Source: Eledone cirrhosa
Taxonomy: Eukaryota
Direction of reading: 5' to 3'
Assembly (NCBI GenBank): GCA_964016885.1
Contig: OZ024744.1
Span: forward strand, 118,730,001-118,794,000
Length of the DNA stretch: 64,000 nt
Shown: positions 36,521-49,988 of the stretch, piece by piece
Position numbering within the stretch: position 1 is the stretch's first letter
How the letters are laid out: each line of letters begins with the position of its first letter
Notes under the pieces: generated by a model
Seen by the model: the letters and a program-made list of their open reading frames with translations, nothing else
What the model was told of the DNA's origin: nothing
Database searches by the model: none
Position numbers and translations under genes: made by a program

Positions 36521-37937
36521 CTGTATATATAAAACAAAAGTTAGGAAAATTGGCATAATTTGAAACAGAATTTAAACGTCAGTTTATACAAGTATATTCA
36601 TTTTAAGAATTATAATTGAAATTCAATTTAATTTCAATTATATTCAACTAAAAAAATTTTTTTTTTAAATGTAGATACAAAAATTTGTAATATCTTTTCA
36701 CAGAAACATTCTTAAATACAAAAAACAAACAAAAAAATCCAACACAAAGAAAAACAAAAAAAAACAATCTGTCCAATTAGTGACTGAACTATTTACCATG
36801 TAACAATCATTGCAGTGATATTATAATAACAATAGTATTATTGACAACTGTTAATCACCTGTTTAAGTACATTTACATAAATTCAGCTTCTAATTACCTT
36901 GCCTTTTACTTGCATACTAAAGTCATTGTACTGATTATTACCAGACTGTTATCCTATCTGAAACTCCGTCGGTTACGACGACTAATCTTCCAGTTGATAC
37001 CATCAGAACAGCCTACTCATGAAATTAACGTGCAAGTGGCTGAGCATTCCACACACATACGTATACCCTTTAACATAGTTCTCAGGGAGATTCAGCATGA
37101 CACTGAATGTAACAAGGCTGGTCCTTCAAATTACAGGTTCAACTCATTTTTGCCAGCTGAATGGACTGGAGCAACATGAAATAAAGTGTCTTGCTCAAGG
37201 ACAATATGCTGCTGGGAATTGAAATCACAACCTTATGATTGCGAGCTGAAACCCTGAAATCAACCAACATTTGATATTAAAGACTCTAGTTATGAAAGCG
37301 TCATCATCAAACTCTGCAAGCAAGGGTTGGATGGGGTTTTACAAACCAAGTCAGTACTGAAGTGGGGCTATTCACCTCCTAGACAGCATGTGTGGAGGTT
37401 TCACATATTACTTACATACGGACCCACATTCTACCAACTACATTTTAGTGTGGCACCAGCACAAGAGAAGCCATCATGGCTTTGATGTAACTAAAGTACT
37501 CCAAGCACTTTGGTAAGCTTTCTATGGCTCAGTACCGTTCATATCACTAATCACTTTATAGTGTTTACTGGGTGTATTTATCATATAAATCTAGGATGGT
37601 TGTCATGTCCTTGGCACAACCAAAGTGTCCTCCCAACTCTTTGTTTGGCTGGATGCCCTCTCTACCAGCAACCACTTTCCAAGTGTGTACTGAGTGTGTT
37701 TATCATATAGATCACCAACACTAGGGTCGGTGTTGCACCATTGACACAACTGAAGGGTCCTCTCAACCCAACCATCTTATAGGGTGCATTGGCCATTGTC
37801 CCAACTGAAGAGCCCTCTTTGTTCTGCATGGGAGGGGGTGAAGAGAGATAGGTGTGAAGTTATGGATGTATGTGGTGTGATTTGACAGGGTGATGAGTGT
37901 GGAGAGAAACTTTTTTCCCATTAACTATATATATATA

Positions 37938-38163
37938 TGGTAAGGAACCAATGGACCATAACAGTCCAGAAATAGCTGTCGAAACGGCTTGAGGTCTGCC
38001 GTTGGGGTCTTGAACATTTTCTTATCATCATCATCATCATTTTAAGCAGACGTAAAATGATGATGATGATGATGATAGGAAAATGTTCAAGACCCCAACG
38101 GCAGAGCTCAAGCCGTTTCGATGGCTATTTCTGGACTGTTATGGTCCATCTGGTTCCTTACCA
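37938..38163. repeat. Inverted repeat with about 105-bp arms and an 8-nt loop, with (CAT)n/(ATG)n at the centre
   Basis: TGGTAAGGAACCA..TCATCATCATTTTA agcagacg TAAAATGATGATGA..TGGTTCCTTACCA; few mismatches. Confidence 0.9.
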
Positions 38164-39516
38164 CACTTCCTTCATTCATCATCATAATTTTCATTTTATG
38201 TCCGCTTTTTCCCTGCTTGCAAGGGTGAGACGGGAACCGATTCTGGCTTGATTTCTACAGCTAGATGCCCTTCCTAACACCAACCTCATTTACAGTGAGT
38301 GCTGGGTGCTCTTTTGCCGTGGCACCTCCACGACCACTTTGCAGTGGAATGATATGGACCCCCAGTCCCTATCATCTCATTTCTACAGCTATTGTTTGCA
38401 ACTCTGGCTTTGTTATTCTAATGAAGCACTCTGGTTGAGTATTTATAACATGTTCATTTTTTGAATCAACACCACTGTTCCCCGATTATGGTCTAGCTGA
38501 TGTGAAGTCATGTGTCACTGAAAGTCTAGGTTCACTACTACACTCGTATGTCTGTCATCACGATCAACTAGCTAGTTAAACAGACCTTTCCATTCCAGGG
38601 AGGCTAAATGCCACCGAGGAAGCGATTCTTTGCTAAATTACATAATTGTTTCTACATTTGGCACAAGACCAGCAATTATCGCAGTGTATTACTGGTACTT
38701 CATACATTACAAAATGTCTCATAATTTTACCTAATTTCTGTGAATAGTGGTTCTAGTTGGTCTACCATTGCCAGATTAGAATTGTGGAAACTGATGCCTT
38801 AGATATGCGTCTGTCCAGGTGAAAATAGAAACTTCAATTTCCTACCTACACGATTAACATAAGTGACCACACTGTTTGGTCTAGATTTTAATAATACAAA
38901 CTTAATTAAATTATTGAGTGAGAAAACAATGAAGCTGTATTAATTATATCTGACTAGCTTTGTTCCTGAGTTATATATATTATTCTTTCCTAAAAAACAA
39001 CAACCCCAAAGCACAGTTAGTAATAGCTGCTCCCCACCCATTTCACATATTTTCATGCACCCTCTTCGCCTTCTAACACCTCACTCTTATACATACACAA
39101 CTAATCAAAAAGACTCTTTTCAACACTACACTCTACTTTTGTGTTGTTCATATCATAAACAAGTATATCATCACTTCCTATTTGTGAGTACAAACATGTC
39201 CCCACTGCCTCAGTCTCAAACACTTCCAATCCACCCCCACTGACACCAATACCAGGTAGACTAACCAACCATAGTAGTAATAAAACAACAAAACAAAATA
39301 GTGTCACAACGTGAGGATCTATAAAACTACTAGACATTATTGATATTTGGTAGCAATAGTCCGTTAGAGCTACGGGGGAAAATAAATGACAGGTTCCTTA
39401 AAAGCCTGAAGAATTCATCATGTTCATGAACTTTTCAAACCTTATTTTAAAATCTTTTTCTTTATTTCATCAACACTTCAAAACCATTCCTCTTCCTACA
39501 AGTTCTAAAACTTTAA

Positions 39517-39713
39517 CCCTTTCATGACATTGCTAATGAAATACTGTCTCTAATTAATTAATGAAGAATTTCAAGGGATTTACTAAAATTATTATTTCAC
39601 TAGTAAGATAGGAACTTAATGTAAGGTTCTTATATATAATTATGCTGGGAAATTTGAATTTGAATAGGAAACCTTTAAAATGGGTGGTTTTAGCCAGATT
39701 GGTAACTAAAGGG
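39517..39713. mobile_element. piggyBac-type MITE
   Basis: TTAA-CCCTTTCATGAC ... GGTAACTAAAGGG-TTAC; homologous to 50213-50428. Confidence 0.8.
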
Positions 39714-41180
39714 TTACGGTTGCCACTTTAATGATGAAAAGGGGGTCGGGTGAGATTGTAGAGCTGGTACAGTGAAAACAAGTGGATAAGTGGTGTGAAG
39801 AAGAGACTAGGTAGAGAGTAACCTCAGTCAGACTCCCCACAAGTATGACAGTGCTATAAATGTTCCTGTGTGGGTAACAGAAAACAAAGTGACCCTCCCA
39901 ATATCACTTGGTAGTTAGTGATTTTAAAATTAGAGCTAGATGAACGTAGAGAAAGAAGACAATTTAGAGGAAAAGAACATAGAAAATTAGGGAGCTCTCA
40001 AATTGAGGGATGCCCTGATTGACATTTATGACAGTAAAGAAAAGAAGAGATGTTTAGGGGATACAAGGCAATGAGGGAATGAGGGAAAGAAAATCAATAT
40101 ATTTGACATAATAATGGTACACTTGACCTCATCGATACTGAAAAGAAAGGCGCATGGGAATGTTATAATCAGAGACTGCATGGGAGAAAGATAGTCTGCC
40201 CCAACAGAGGCATCAGCTCTGTGTAGTAAGGAAGAAATTAAGGATATGAAGACAAACAGCTGGACCATTGGGGATAGTTGCTGAGATGCTGAAAGTATCC
40301 AGGATGGTGGGCCACACATATTGTAAACTAGGTAATACAGGATGGTGTCATATCCAATGACTGGCATGGTGTCTCTTTCTGCATATGGCCTGTAACCTTC
40401 TCATTTAGGCCAACACAGAAAATCACATACTGCCAGACAATATCGGCTTGTTCAAGGCCAACCATGTGTCCCAGCACTTCTTCTCCAATGGTGAGATGTT
40501 GCTATGCCACCCTTTTCTAGCAAGTACCATATAGCTTACATCCCTTTCATTTATACATCCCCAGCCTGACCAATGATACGAGCACTCTAGTGTTGAAATG
40601 AGGTTATGCTGGTACCATGACAAAAGGCACCCAGTCCACTCTGTAAGGTGGTAGTGCTTGAGTCATGATAAAATACTCCCAGTACACAGTGTGAAGTGGT
40701 TGGCATTAGAAAGGACATCCAGGCATAGTATCCAAGCCAAAAATCCAGCATTAAGAGCAGTATGTAGCCACTGAATCAGTCAGGCTTATGTACGTGACGA
40801 CGTGTTTAACCCAGGCATGGAAAATAGATGTTAAATGGTGAGGATGATAAACAGTAAAATTGACCTTGGTGGGATTTGAACATAAAGTGAAGGGAACCGA
40901 AATGAATACCATAAGTTTATAAGAGCAGGAAGTGGTTTATTGGCACAGTTGTTAGAATGCTGGATAAAATGCTTTGTGGTATTCCTTCTGGCTTTCTGTC
41001 CTTTCTGACTTCAAATCCTGCCAAGGCCAACTTAACAAAGAAGACCAGTCCAGTACTATGTTCAGTTATTCCTCTATATAACTCTTTCTTTGGAAGAAAT
41101 TGACTGTGTTCAGACTGGAGAGAGTGATGGGTTCTCCCAGGTTTAAAGTGGCCAAGAGTGGTGGGCTTTTCCAGGTTTAA

Positions 41181-42427
41181 CCCTTTAGCATTCGCATTAA
41201 TTTTCAAACGTCATGCTTATCTGTTCGCTTTATTTTGAGTTAATCAAATGGCGGTGAATTGGCAGTATCGGTAGAGGGTCGGACGCCATGCTTTCCAGCA
41301 TAGTTACGTCCCTTTACAATCCGAGTTCAAATCCCGCCGAGGTTGACTTTGCCTTTCATCCTTACGGGGTCGATAAAATAAAGTACCAGTAATGCACTGG
41401 GTAATTGCTGGCCTTCTGCCTAAAGTAGAAACAATTATTTTGAGTTAATCATACTCAAGAGGGTTATCAATTTTATTTGTTTGTAATTTTCTTAATTTTC
41501 TATGTGCAGGCTTGAAATTTTGTCAGTAGATGTTTAAATATCAATAATTTACAATTATATAATTTTAACTGATTTTTTTGGTTAAATTTGACTTTTATGG
41601 GCAGGTGAAATTAATTAATAGGGGCATTTGAAGTATCAACCAGGTGCAAATACTGGTTTAATTTTAAATACGTTGTTTTCGGCATAATACTTGATATATA
41701 AGAATCACTAAACCTTATACCAGTGTTCCAGTAATTCCAGTCTTGGAAATTGTTTTATACCGTACTTAATATTTACGGTAAAAAATGCTTGCATTTCCGC
41801 AGCATCTGTCGGTCGCCAAACAGATTGGGTTTTCCTTGATTTGAAATCTGTTGTTGGGCATATCGATTAGTCCCTTCTGCCACAACTTCAAATAAAGTTT
41901 GTGGTAAAAACAAAAAGAAATAATCCAGTGCTTTAGCATCGGGAGCTAATGTGTGTTGTGGACCAGTATTTTGAATAAAATCGGGAACATATATTAGTGT
42001 GGTATTTTTCAACCACGATGCTGTAATATTTTCAATGGCGCCCTGGAGTCTCCTTCGATTTCACTTTCAAAACAACAATCACCATCGGACGAAATTTCAG
42101 AAATATAAATATCAGATTCATTTGAAGATAAATCACTAATATTATCATTTGTTTCTTGTTTATTCTGAATGTTGCCATGTGTAAAACCTTCAAAGTCTGT
42201 ATCGTTACTTTCATAAGCCATGTTGATACAAAAAAAAAAATATTTTGCACATTCAAAGTTAAAAAAACAAGTGTTGTTTTAAGTTGTTTCACTGTTAAGT
42301 GTTAATTTTCACGGTAAAGGCCTAATCTCGCAGCAGTCTCGAATTGACGAGATTTTGATGATGGTTTGTTTATTTTTAGAACGATTTTTTAGTGTGGGTG
42401 TTTTCGGGCGGTTTGAACACTAAAGGG
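41181..42427 (-). mobile_element. Non-autonomous piggyBac deletion derivative
   Basis: TTAA-CCCTTTAGCATTC ... GAACACTAAAGGG-TTAA. Retains only the 5' part of the transposase (MAYESNDTDFEGF; YFFLFLPQTLFEVVAEGTNRYA). Confidence 0.92.
41250..41437 (+). mobile_element. tRNA-derived SINE family 1 nested in a piggyBac derivative
   Basis: Full head, core and tail; target-site duplication TTATTTTGAGTTAATCA on both sides. Confidence 0.9.
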
Positions 42428-43144
42428 TTAACATGTCACTATAGTGCCTCCATGGCCTCATCAGGACTTTTACATACCATACAACATAACAGCAGAAGTA
42501 GGTTATAATAAAGAAGCTATGAACCTAGTTAAAACTAAAAAGAATTTCTATAATTTGCTACCGGATTGTTTGCCAAGACAGTAATGGCTGTTGCCACCAT
42601 CAGTTTTAGTCTGTGAATCTTACATGGTTTCAATTACTAGATACTTTTTATCATCTTGTATTAACTCATCTGTGAAATACAAACTTCTGTTCAAAATACC
42701 CTGCTAAAATTTCTATCTAACATAACGCTGCTTTACTTATTTCAATTAAAATACCTTTATAAATTATTGCTTCCCGAGAACTCACAGCTGTTTCTTTTAG
42801 TTAATAACTTCAGTTGTTTAAGTGAATTGTTAATAAATGCTATATATAAGCCAATCCCAACTTTATTTCAAGTTTTATAAAGCCTTTTGTCACAACTGCA
42901 AATACTGACAGTAGAAACAATGCTGTAGAGTAAATGATAAACTGCAACCAAATACTGAATCAACTCTTCTCGTGTTTATTTCAAAGTTGTCAGCATTGAA
43001 ACATTCACGGTTACTGAAGCTTTCTTCTCTCTATTGATATGTGATACGAACAATATGATGCTTAGAAAAAAACAAAAAACTATTTACAATTTTGACCATT
43101 CAGGAAATATAACCAAATGTTCACATCTGTAGTGTATTGTTAGA

Positions 43145-43545
43145 TCATTACCATCATTTTTATGTCTGCTTTTCCATGCTTGCATGGGTTGGACAGGTCC
43201 TTCTCAGCACAGTATCTCTCCACTTGTCATGTTCCTTCGCCATCTCCTCTTCCAGTCTCAGTGATTTGAGGTCTGCTCTCACCACCTCTGCCCAGATCTT
43301 ATTTGGTCGTCCTCTACTATGGCTTCCTTCCACTGGCATTTCCTGGTGCTTCTTCATCCAACAATCATTGTCCATAGGCAACAAATGTCCAAACCAAAAG
43401 CCTTCTTTCCTGCACACCACCTCAAATTTCTCTTAAATCCAGCTTTTCCCCTCAGTTCATCCAAGCTCTGTCTTTCTCTTACACTTACATTGCACATACA
43501 ATGGAGCATGATTGCTCAATTTCTCTCCAGTCTATGCATGCCCTC
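43145..43545 (-). mobile_element. Degenerate RTE LINE 3' fragment
   Basis: RGRPNKIWAEVVRADLKSL and a CATGCAAGCATGGAAAAGCAGAC terminus. Confidence 0.8.
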
Positions 43546-44899
43546 TCATTTTACTACCGTGCACTTGAGTTTTGGCTAAGTTTACTGTGTCTGTGAATAA
43601 CAGTACAAGAAATAACATGTTCACCTTTGTGTGTGCTGCTTCTAGCAGTCTGTGAAAAAACTGTTTAGAAACATTGACAATTTAAACATCTTCAATTGGG
43701 ATATATCCCAACCCTACCAAAATGCTGGTCAGAAAACTGATGTCAGTTTTAAGGGAACACTTTGGTGACCATAGATGTCTTAGCAATGTTCAAACAAACA
43801 CTGAATAGACAAATGTATTTTCAAATCTTTAGTCAGAAGATGAAGGAAAAGATGCACATAGGCCTTCTCGAAATGGTGAAATTAATATAACTGAAGATGT
43901 GTAGTTCAATGTCTATAGAAAAATTACACATACATCCCTGAAAGCACACTTTACTATCTTAAATATGAAAATGACACAATAGATAATAAGATGGGGGAGA
44001 TAGTCATAACTAAACTGTTTCCAATGAAAGGTATACCTGATCAGGAAAGATGTGCAGTTAAACAACATAACAAAAACTGTCAAAACAAAAGCTCACAAAT
44101 ATCTTAACATACAGCATTTACTACATTTAAAAAAAGTTCAAAAAGAAGAAGAAAAAAAAAACAATGAAACATTTATCATAAACATACATATCTTCTCTGT
44201 GGTTCACAATTATTTCACACATGAGCATCAACAAACTACAAACCATTGAAAGCACCACAGCCTGAATTTCTTACAGATACACAAGAGATAAACACACACA
44301 CATACTCCCACATGTCATACAATAAAAGTACAAGTCTCAACTCAATCATCATCATCATCATCATCATCATTACCGTCATTACCATTTAATGTCCATTTTT
44401 GTATGTTTGCAAGTTATTCCACTGAGACAAATCAAATCAGATGACCCCATGTCTTGCTGATACGGTTGTTATAAAACCATAATATATACTCACAACAAAT
44501 AACCACATTCAATAAAAATATAAACAAAACAAACAACTTTTCAAAACATCTCGACTTCCCCCCAAATTACAACAGAACCTACCATAGAAAACCTACAACC
44601 TCCACCACAATAAAATATTCAAGATTGTTGTTCTATTGATCAGTACTAGAACCATACTCGTCTAACTCAAAATCAATACATCACCTTTCTTCTATAGAGA
44701 GCAGATCAACTTCTAAACAGAACTATACCAATATCAATAACAATGATTTCATTTAGAAATGTTGCATATCCTTTTCTGTATACATTTATATATATACATA
44801 CATAACCCTATCAATGAAAATTGTAATAAAACACTGATAGGTATTTAAAAAAACCCAGCATAATGTGGCAGAAATATATAAAGGGAAAAGGTTCTTCTT

Positions 44900-45460
44900 C
44901 TTAACTCCCACGACACTCTCAGGAATAAGTGGGCGAAGTCCTCAAACACTCCTTCCAGTGGGTATTGTCAGAGGCAACGGTCATCAATTGATCTGGCTAG
45001 ATTCCCAAGCGTCACCGGTCAAGCTCATGGATGTTATCCAATCATTTTGCTCGGGTCTACTCCTGGGTCTCATGCCAATTCGTTTTTTAAGAGACATTTT
45101 AACAACATGGCCATAGTACCAGAGCTGAGATCTGTCAATTCGGAGAAATAGCAGCTCTACCTAGAGTGACTCTCTGATCTCTGAGCTACGCACTCTATTG
45201 AGTAATGATATTTCAAAGACCCTTCGTAGGAACCCCGTTTAGGACAATTGTATTCTTTTGGTCATTACTCCTTCTGATGACTGAATGCTGAAGCTGGTAC
45301 ATAACTGCACCTGCTCCTGCATTTCTTAAACTTAATTCAACCTCCTGCCTTTCATCACTCAGATATAGTGAGCATGCAGCTTCCTTAAGAGGACGAGTGT
45401 CACTGTCTTTGCACTATTGATTTTTATTCCAGCCATGCAATTCTTATCAAGTGCATATTT
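44900..45460 (-). mobile_element. Degenerate fragment of another RTE (Expander/Rex3-like) LINE; relatives at about 32745-32925 and 48760-49050
   Basis: Shared GAGACCCAGG..TAGACCC..CAAGATGGTTGGATAACATCCATGAGCT (RPRGRP..RWLDNI) in three places. Confidence 0.6.
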
Positions 45461-45793
45461 CTTTTAACCCTTTAGTGTTCAAACCGCTCGAAACTATTTC
45501 CCCCCTTTTTTTTCAAACTCCCCGAAACCGGCCGATAACACCCACACTAAAATATCGTTCTAAAAATAAATAAATCATCATCAAAATTTTGTCAATTCGA
45601 GATTACTGCGAGATTAGGCCCTTACCATGAAAATTAACACTTAATATAGTGAAACAACTTAAAACATGTTTTTTTAGCATTGAAAGTAGAACAGATTTTT
45701 TGTTTATCAACATGGCTTGTGAAAGTAGCGATACCGACTTTGAAGGTTTTACACATGACGACATTCAAAATGAACAAGAAACAAAAGATAATA

Positions 45794-47097
45794 CGAGGGC
45801 AATCCCAAAAGTAAGGTCTCCTTTTTTTTTTAGAAATACAAACAACCGTTTATTTTCTATAATATTTACAACATTTTAAAGGTTGAACAATTATTTATTT
45901 TTCTACATAATTGCCATTTCGGTCGATGCATTTTTGTAGACGCTGTGGTAGTTTTTGTATGCCCATGTCATACCAGCTCGCCGCCATGTCCTCCAGGAAG
46001 CGTTGAACCTCATCTTTCACCTCTTCATCGGAGCAGAATCGCATTCCGGCCAAATGTTCTTTCAACTTAGGGAACAGGTGGTAATTACTGGGTGCCAAGT
46101 CCAGACTATAAGGTAGGTGGGCGATGATGTTCCAACCAAAGTTTTGCAGGAGAGCGACGGTTTGACGGGCAATGTGTGGGCAAGCGTTGTCGTGGAGAAT
46201 GCTTACGCCCTTGCTCAACATTCCTCTTCTCCGGTTCTGAATTGCCCTTCTGAGTTTTTTCAGTGTTTCACAGTACCTGTCAGCGTTTATTGTGGTCCCA
46301 GCAGGTATAACGTCGATCAACAAAACCCCCTTCCAGTCCCCAGAACTTTACCGGCAGACTGTGTTTGTTTGAATTTTTGCGGCTTGTGCGCAGAGGGATG
46401 CCGCCACTCGTATGATTGTTGTTTGGTCTCAGGTGTAAAGTGGAACACCCAGGTTTCGTCACCCGTGATAATCGAGTCCAAGAAGCTGTCCTTTTCGTCT
46501 GCATAGCAGCGAAAAAATTTGCGGGAAGAATCAACTCATTGCTGTTTGTGGTCTTCTGTCAGCATTCGTGGCACCCATCTTGCGCGCACATTCCGATATT
46601 GCAACTTTTCCGTTAAAATCCTGTCGATGGTGCTTCGGGAAACCTCAGTAACCAAAATGCAGAGAGCATCCAGAGTGATTCTCCGATCTTTACGCATGTT
46701 TTCCTCAACCTTTGCGACTCTCATCGGAAATTGTCAGCTTCCCGCAACTTTGTTCGTCGTGAATTGCAGTACGACCGGCTGTAAACTCTCTACACCACTT
46801 GCAAATATTTTTGACATCCATGCACGACTGTCCATACACTTCCGTCAATTGGCGATGAATTTCAATCGGTTCAACGCCTTTTGCGTTAAAAAAACGAATA
46901 ACTGCGCGAACTTCGCACTTGGCGGTAGCGTTCAACGGGAGCTCCATTCTCAATGGCTGCCAAGCCAAGATTGGGCATCCCACCGAAGCGTGCGCATGCT
47001 TGTTTGGGAGTGAAGGAAGCACCAATCACAACAGTGTTGCCAACAGCCGTACAAACAGTTTCTCTGCGCCCCCATCGCTTTGGAGACCTTACCCTCG
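45794..47097 (-). mobile_element. Mariner (Tc1/mariner) element, about 1.3 kb, with frameshifted transposase
   Basis: TA TSDs at 45792-45793 and 47098-47099. TIR CGAGGGCAATCCCAAAAGTAAGGTCTCC; the other TIR is internally deleted. Motifs RWVPRML, HDNACPH and YSLDLAPSNYHLFPKLK. Confidence 0.94.
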
Positions 47098-47159
47098 TAT
47101 TAGTGATTTATCTTCAAATGAATAAGATGTTTACATTTCTGAAATTTCATCCGACGATG

Positions 47160-47467
47160 GGGGCACATGGCTTAGTGGTTAGAGCATTGGCCTTGCAATC
47201 GAAAGGTTGTGAGTTCAATTCTCAGACTGGGTGATGTGTTGTTTCCTTGAGCAAGACACTTTATTTCACATCGCTCCAGTTTACTCAGCTGTAGAAATGA
47301 GATGATAGGGACTGGGCTCCCTATCATTCCACTGGTTGTGGAGGTGCCACGGCAAAAAAGCACCCAGCACTCATTGTAAATGAGGTTGGTGTTAGGAAGG
47401 GCATCCAGCTGTAGAAATCAAGCCAGAACCAGTGCAAGCAGGGAAAAAGCGAACATAAAGTGAAAAT
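47160..47467 (+). mobile_element. tRNA-derived SINE family 2 (octopus OK-like) with an RTE-derived 3' tail
   Basis: A box TGGCTTAGTGG, B box GAGTTCAATTC, core CCTTGAGCAAGACACTT, then GGTTGGTGTTAGGAAGGGCATCCAGCTGTAGAAA shared with the RTE 3'UTR. Confidence 0.88.
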
Positions 47468-48085
47468 GAAGGAGGTCTCCAGGACGCCATTGAAAATATT
47501 ACAGCCATGTGGTTGAAAAATACCACACCAATATATGTTCCCGATTTTATTCAAAATACTGGTCCACAACACACATTAGCTCCCGATGCTAAAGCACTGG
47601 ATTATTTCTTTTTGTTTTTACCACAAACTTTATTCGAAGTTGTGGCAGAAGAGACTAATCGATATGCCCAACAACAGATTTCAAATCGAGGAAAACCCGA
47701 TCTGTTTGGCGACCGACAGATGCTGCGGAAATGCAAGCATTTTTTACCATAAATATGTTTGGTATAAAACAATTTCCAAGACTGTGGAATTACTGGAGCA
47801 CTGATAAGATCCTTATATATTAGGTATTGTGCCGAAAACGTATTTAAAATTAAACCAGTATTTGCACCTGGTTGATACTTCAAATTAATTAATTTCACCT
47901 GCCCATAAAAGTCCAATTTGACCAAAAAAAATCAGGTAAAATTATATAATTGTAAATTATTGATATTTAAACATCTACTGACAACATTTCAAGCCTGCAC
48001 ATAGAAAATTAAAAAAATTACAAACAAATAAAATTGATAACCCTCTTGAGTATGATTAACTGAATAAGCATGACATTTTAAAATT

Positions 48086-48272
48086 AATTGTTTCTACTTT
48101 AGGCACAAGGCCAGCAAATACCCAGTTCATTACTGGTACTTTATTTTATCGACCCCGTAAGGATGAAAGGCAAAGTCAACCTCGGCGGGATTTGAACTCA
48201 GATCGTAAAGGGACGTAACTATGCTGGAAAGCATGGCGTCCGACCCTCTACCGATACTGCCAATCCACCCCC
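48086..48272 (-). mobile_element. tRNA-derived SINE family 1
   Basis: Reverse-complement copy with TSD CATGACATTTTAAAATTAAT. Confidence 0.9.
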
Positions 48273-49175
48273 CATGACATTTTAAAATTAATGTGAATGC
48301 TAAAGGGCTAAAATTCATGTATAATTGCTGAATTCTAATAAAAAAAAATATTTATTAAATAATCAGGAATCTTTATGGGAAGTCAAGATGCCTGAAGAAC
48401 ATAGAGCTAGTCTAGTATAACATCTAGGTATTATAATATGATAATTTCTTTAACCTAGACACACAAATGCACAAAACTGTATGAAGAAATCAGAAGTGGT
48501 GTGAAAGAGAGAAGACTTAGTATGGACATGTGATATGCATGGACGATGATCACTGGGCGAAGAAGTGCCAGGAAATCCCAATAAAGGTAAACAAAGACTT
48601 AGGCAGAAGTGGTGAGGTGCTGTGCTGAAAAAGACCTGCCCAACCCATGCAAGCATGAAAAAGCAGATGTAAAAATGATGACGACGACGATAAAACCAAT
48701 TTAATTAACTTCATCAAATGTTATATATTGTGTACATACTCTTTGATTCTGTGCTGGACGTTTATGTTAAGAGAGGACCTGAGCTGTCAACTATTAAATT
48801 ATCTGCAGCCAGAGACTACCTAAAGCCGATACTATGGGCATTTGGTCAGAATGTCTCAGGAAAGAATTGATGGACAGATTTTACAGGCAAAAACCAACTG
48901 GCAGGTGACCCAGAGGTAGACCCTGATCAAGATGGTTGGATAACATCCATGAGCTGGGCTGGTCTTGTCTTGCTTGGGGATCCAGCTGGATCAGTTACTT
49001 CTGACAGTGCCTGCTGGAAGGAGAACTCTGCCCCCATGATCCTCTCAGGAATATGTGGGCATAGAAGAAGTGTTGAAAGACACAAAAAATAATAAATATT
49101 TTAAACTAATTACTCTTTTTTTTTTAACAATTAGATTTGCACTAGAAAAAAAAAAAGCAGAACTGTAAAACATAC

Positions 49176-49297
49176 CTTTGGGATAGACTCCAGGATCCAT
49201 AAATGTTGCTAAGGCAAAATTTGCAACAACAAATAAAGATAATATACCCTGATATATAGGAATAGCCATATGATATTTCTCAAGGTGGTCTGGGACA
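49176..49297 (-). CDS. ZDHHC8: ZDHHC5/8-like palmitoyltransferase, first exon visible in the window (122 nt; probably coding exon 2)
   Basis: Poly-T tract plus TTGCAG acceptor and GTATGT donor. Encodes [40 protein letters not shown], including the DPG motif of DHHC enzymes. Splices in frame to 36520. The symbol denotes the ZDHHC5/8 co-orthologue. Confidence 0.93.
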
Positions 49298-49988
49298 CTG
49301 CAAAAGAAAAAAAAAAAAAACATTCAACAAATCTATTTTCTCATGGAAACACTGACTTTTTTTTTAAAGCATAAAACTCAATTTTGAGATAACCCCCACT
49401 GGCATCAATAAACTGAAGTGGCAAGGAGGGAAGGTGTAAATGGTAAGGGTGTTGGATCATAATGTTGTGGTTTCAATTTCTGGATTATGTGTTGTGATCT
49501 TGAGCAAAACATTTTATTTAGCTCCAGTATACTCAACTAAAAATGAGTACCAGCAATAGCTGGACGTTTAACCCTGTGATAGACTGGCATCCTGTCCAGT
49601 GGGGAGTCGTATACTCACCATGAAACCAGCTGGCCTGATGAGTCTGCAGACATGTGACGTACTTTAACCCTTCAATGGACAGGCAGCCTGTCCAGAAGAT
49701 CTTGTACTCTCAGGTATTTAACTCCACTGAAACCAGGGATAAGTACTGGCCTGATGAGCCACCAGGCTTGAGACAGACTTTAGGGAGGGAAGGTTTCCTA
49801 GATGGATGGATAACTGGCCATTAGAATTCTTCTAAATATAAGTCATTAAGATATTAGAGACCAATATTGCATTAATGTGTGTTGATACATCTGTGTAAAT
49901 ATGTAAAACTTAATACAATATAAATATAACCATTGTCTGTTTTAATGTAAACTCTGTTGTCTAAGCAACATACATTATTTTATTTTAA

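Larger units (their letters stand above)
45468..48307 (+). mobile_element. Non-autonomous piggyBac derivative carrying three nested insertions
   Basis: TTAA-CCCTTTAGTGTTC ... GAATGCTAAAGGG-CTAA. Collinear with 41181-42427 once the mariner and two SINEs are removed. Confidence 0.9.

Noticed and set aside
37975-38000. Hammerhead in the 37938-38163 hairpin (GAAAC..GTC)
   Set aside because: No upstream CUGANGA core and no stem I.
44460-44800. Possible Penelope RT remnant (similar A/C-rich tract at about 39000-39480)
   Set aside because: Only a faint YRKPT-like resemblance and no sustained reading frame; it would need a translated profile search.
47160-47235. tRNA gene
   Set aside because: A and B boxes are present, but the sequence continues into a SINE core and LINE tail and is multi-copy; it is a SINE head.
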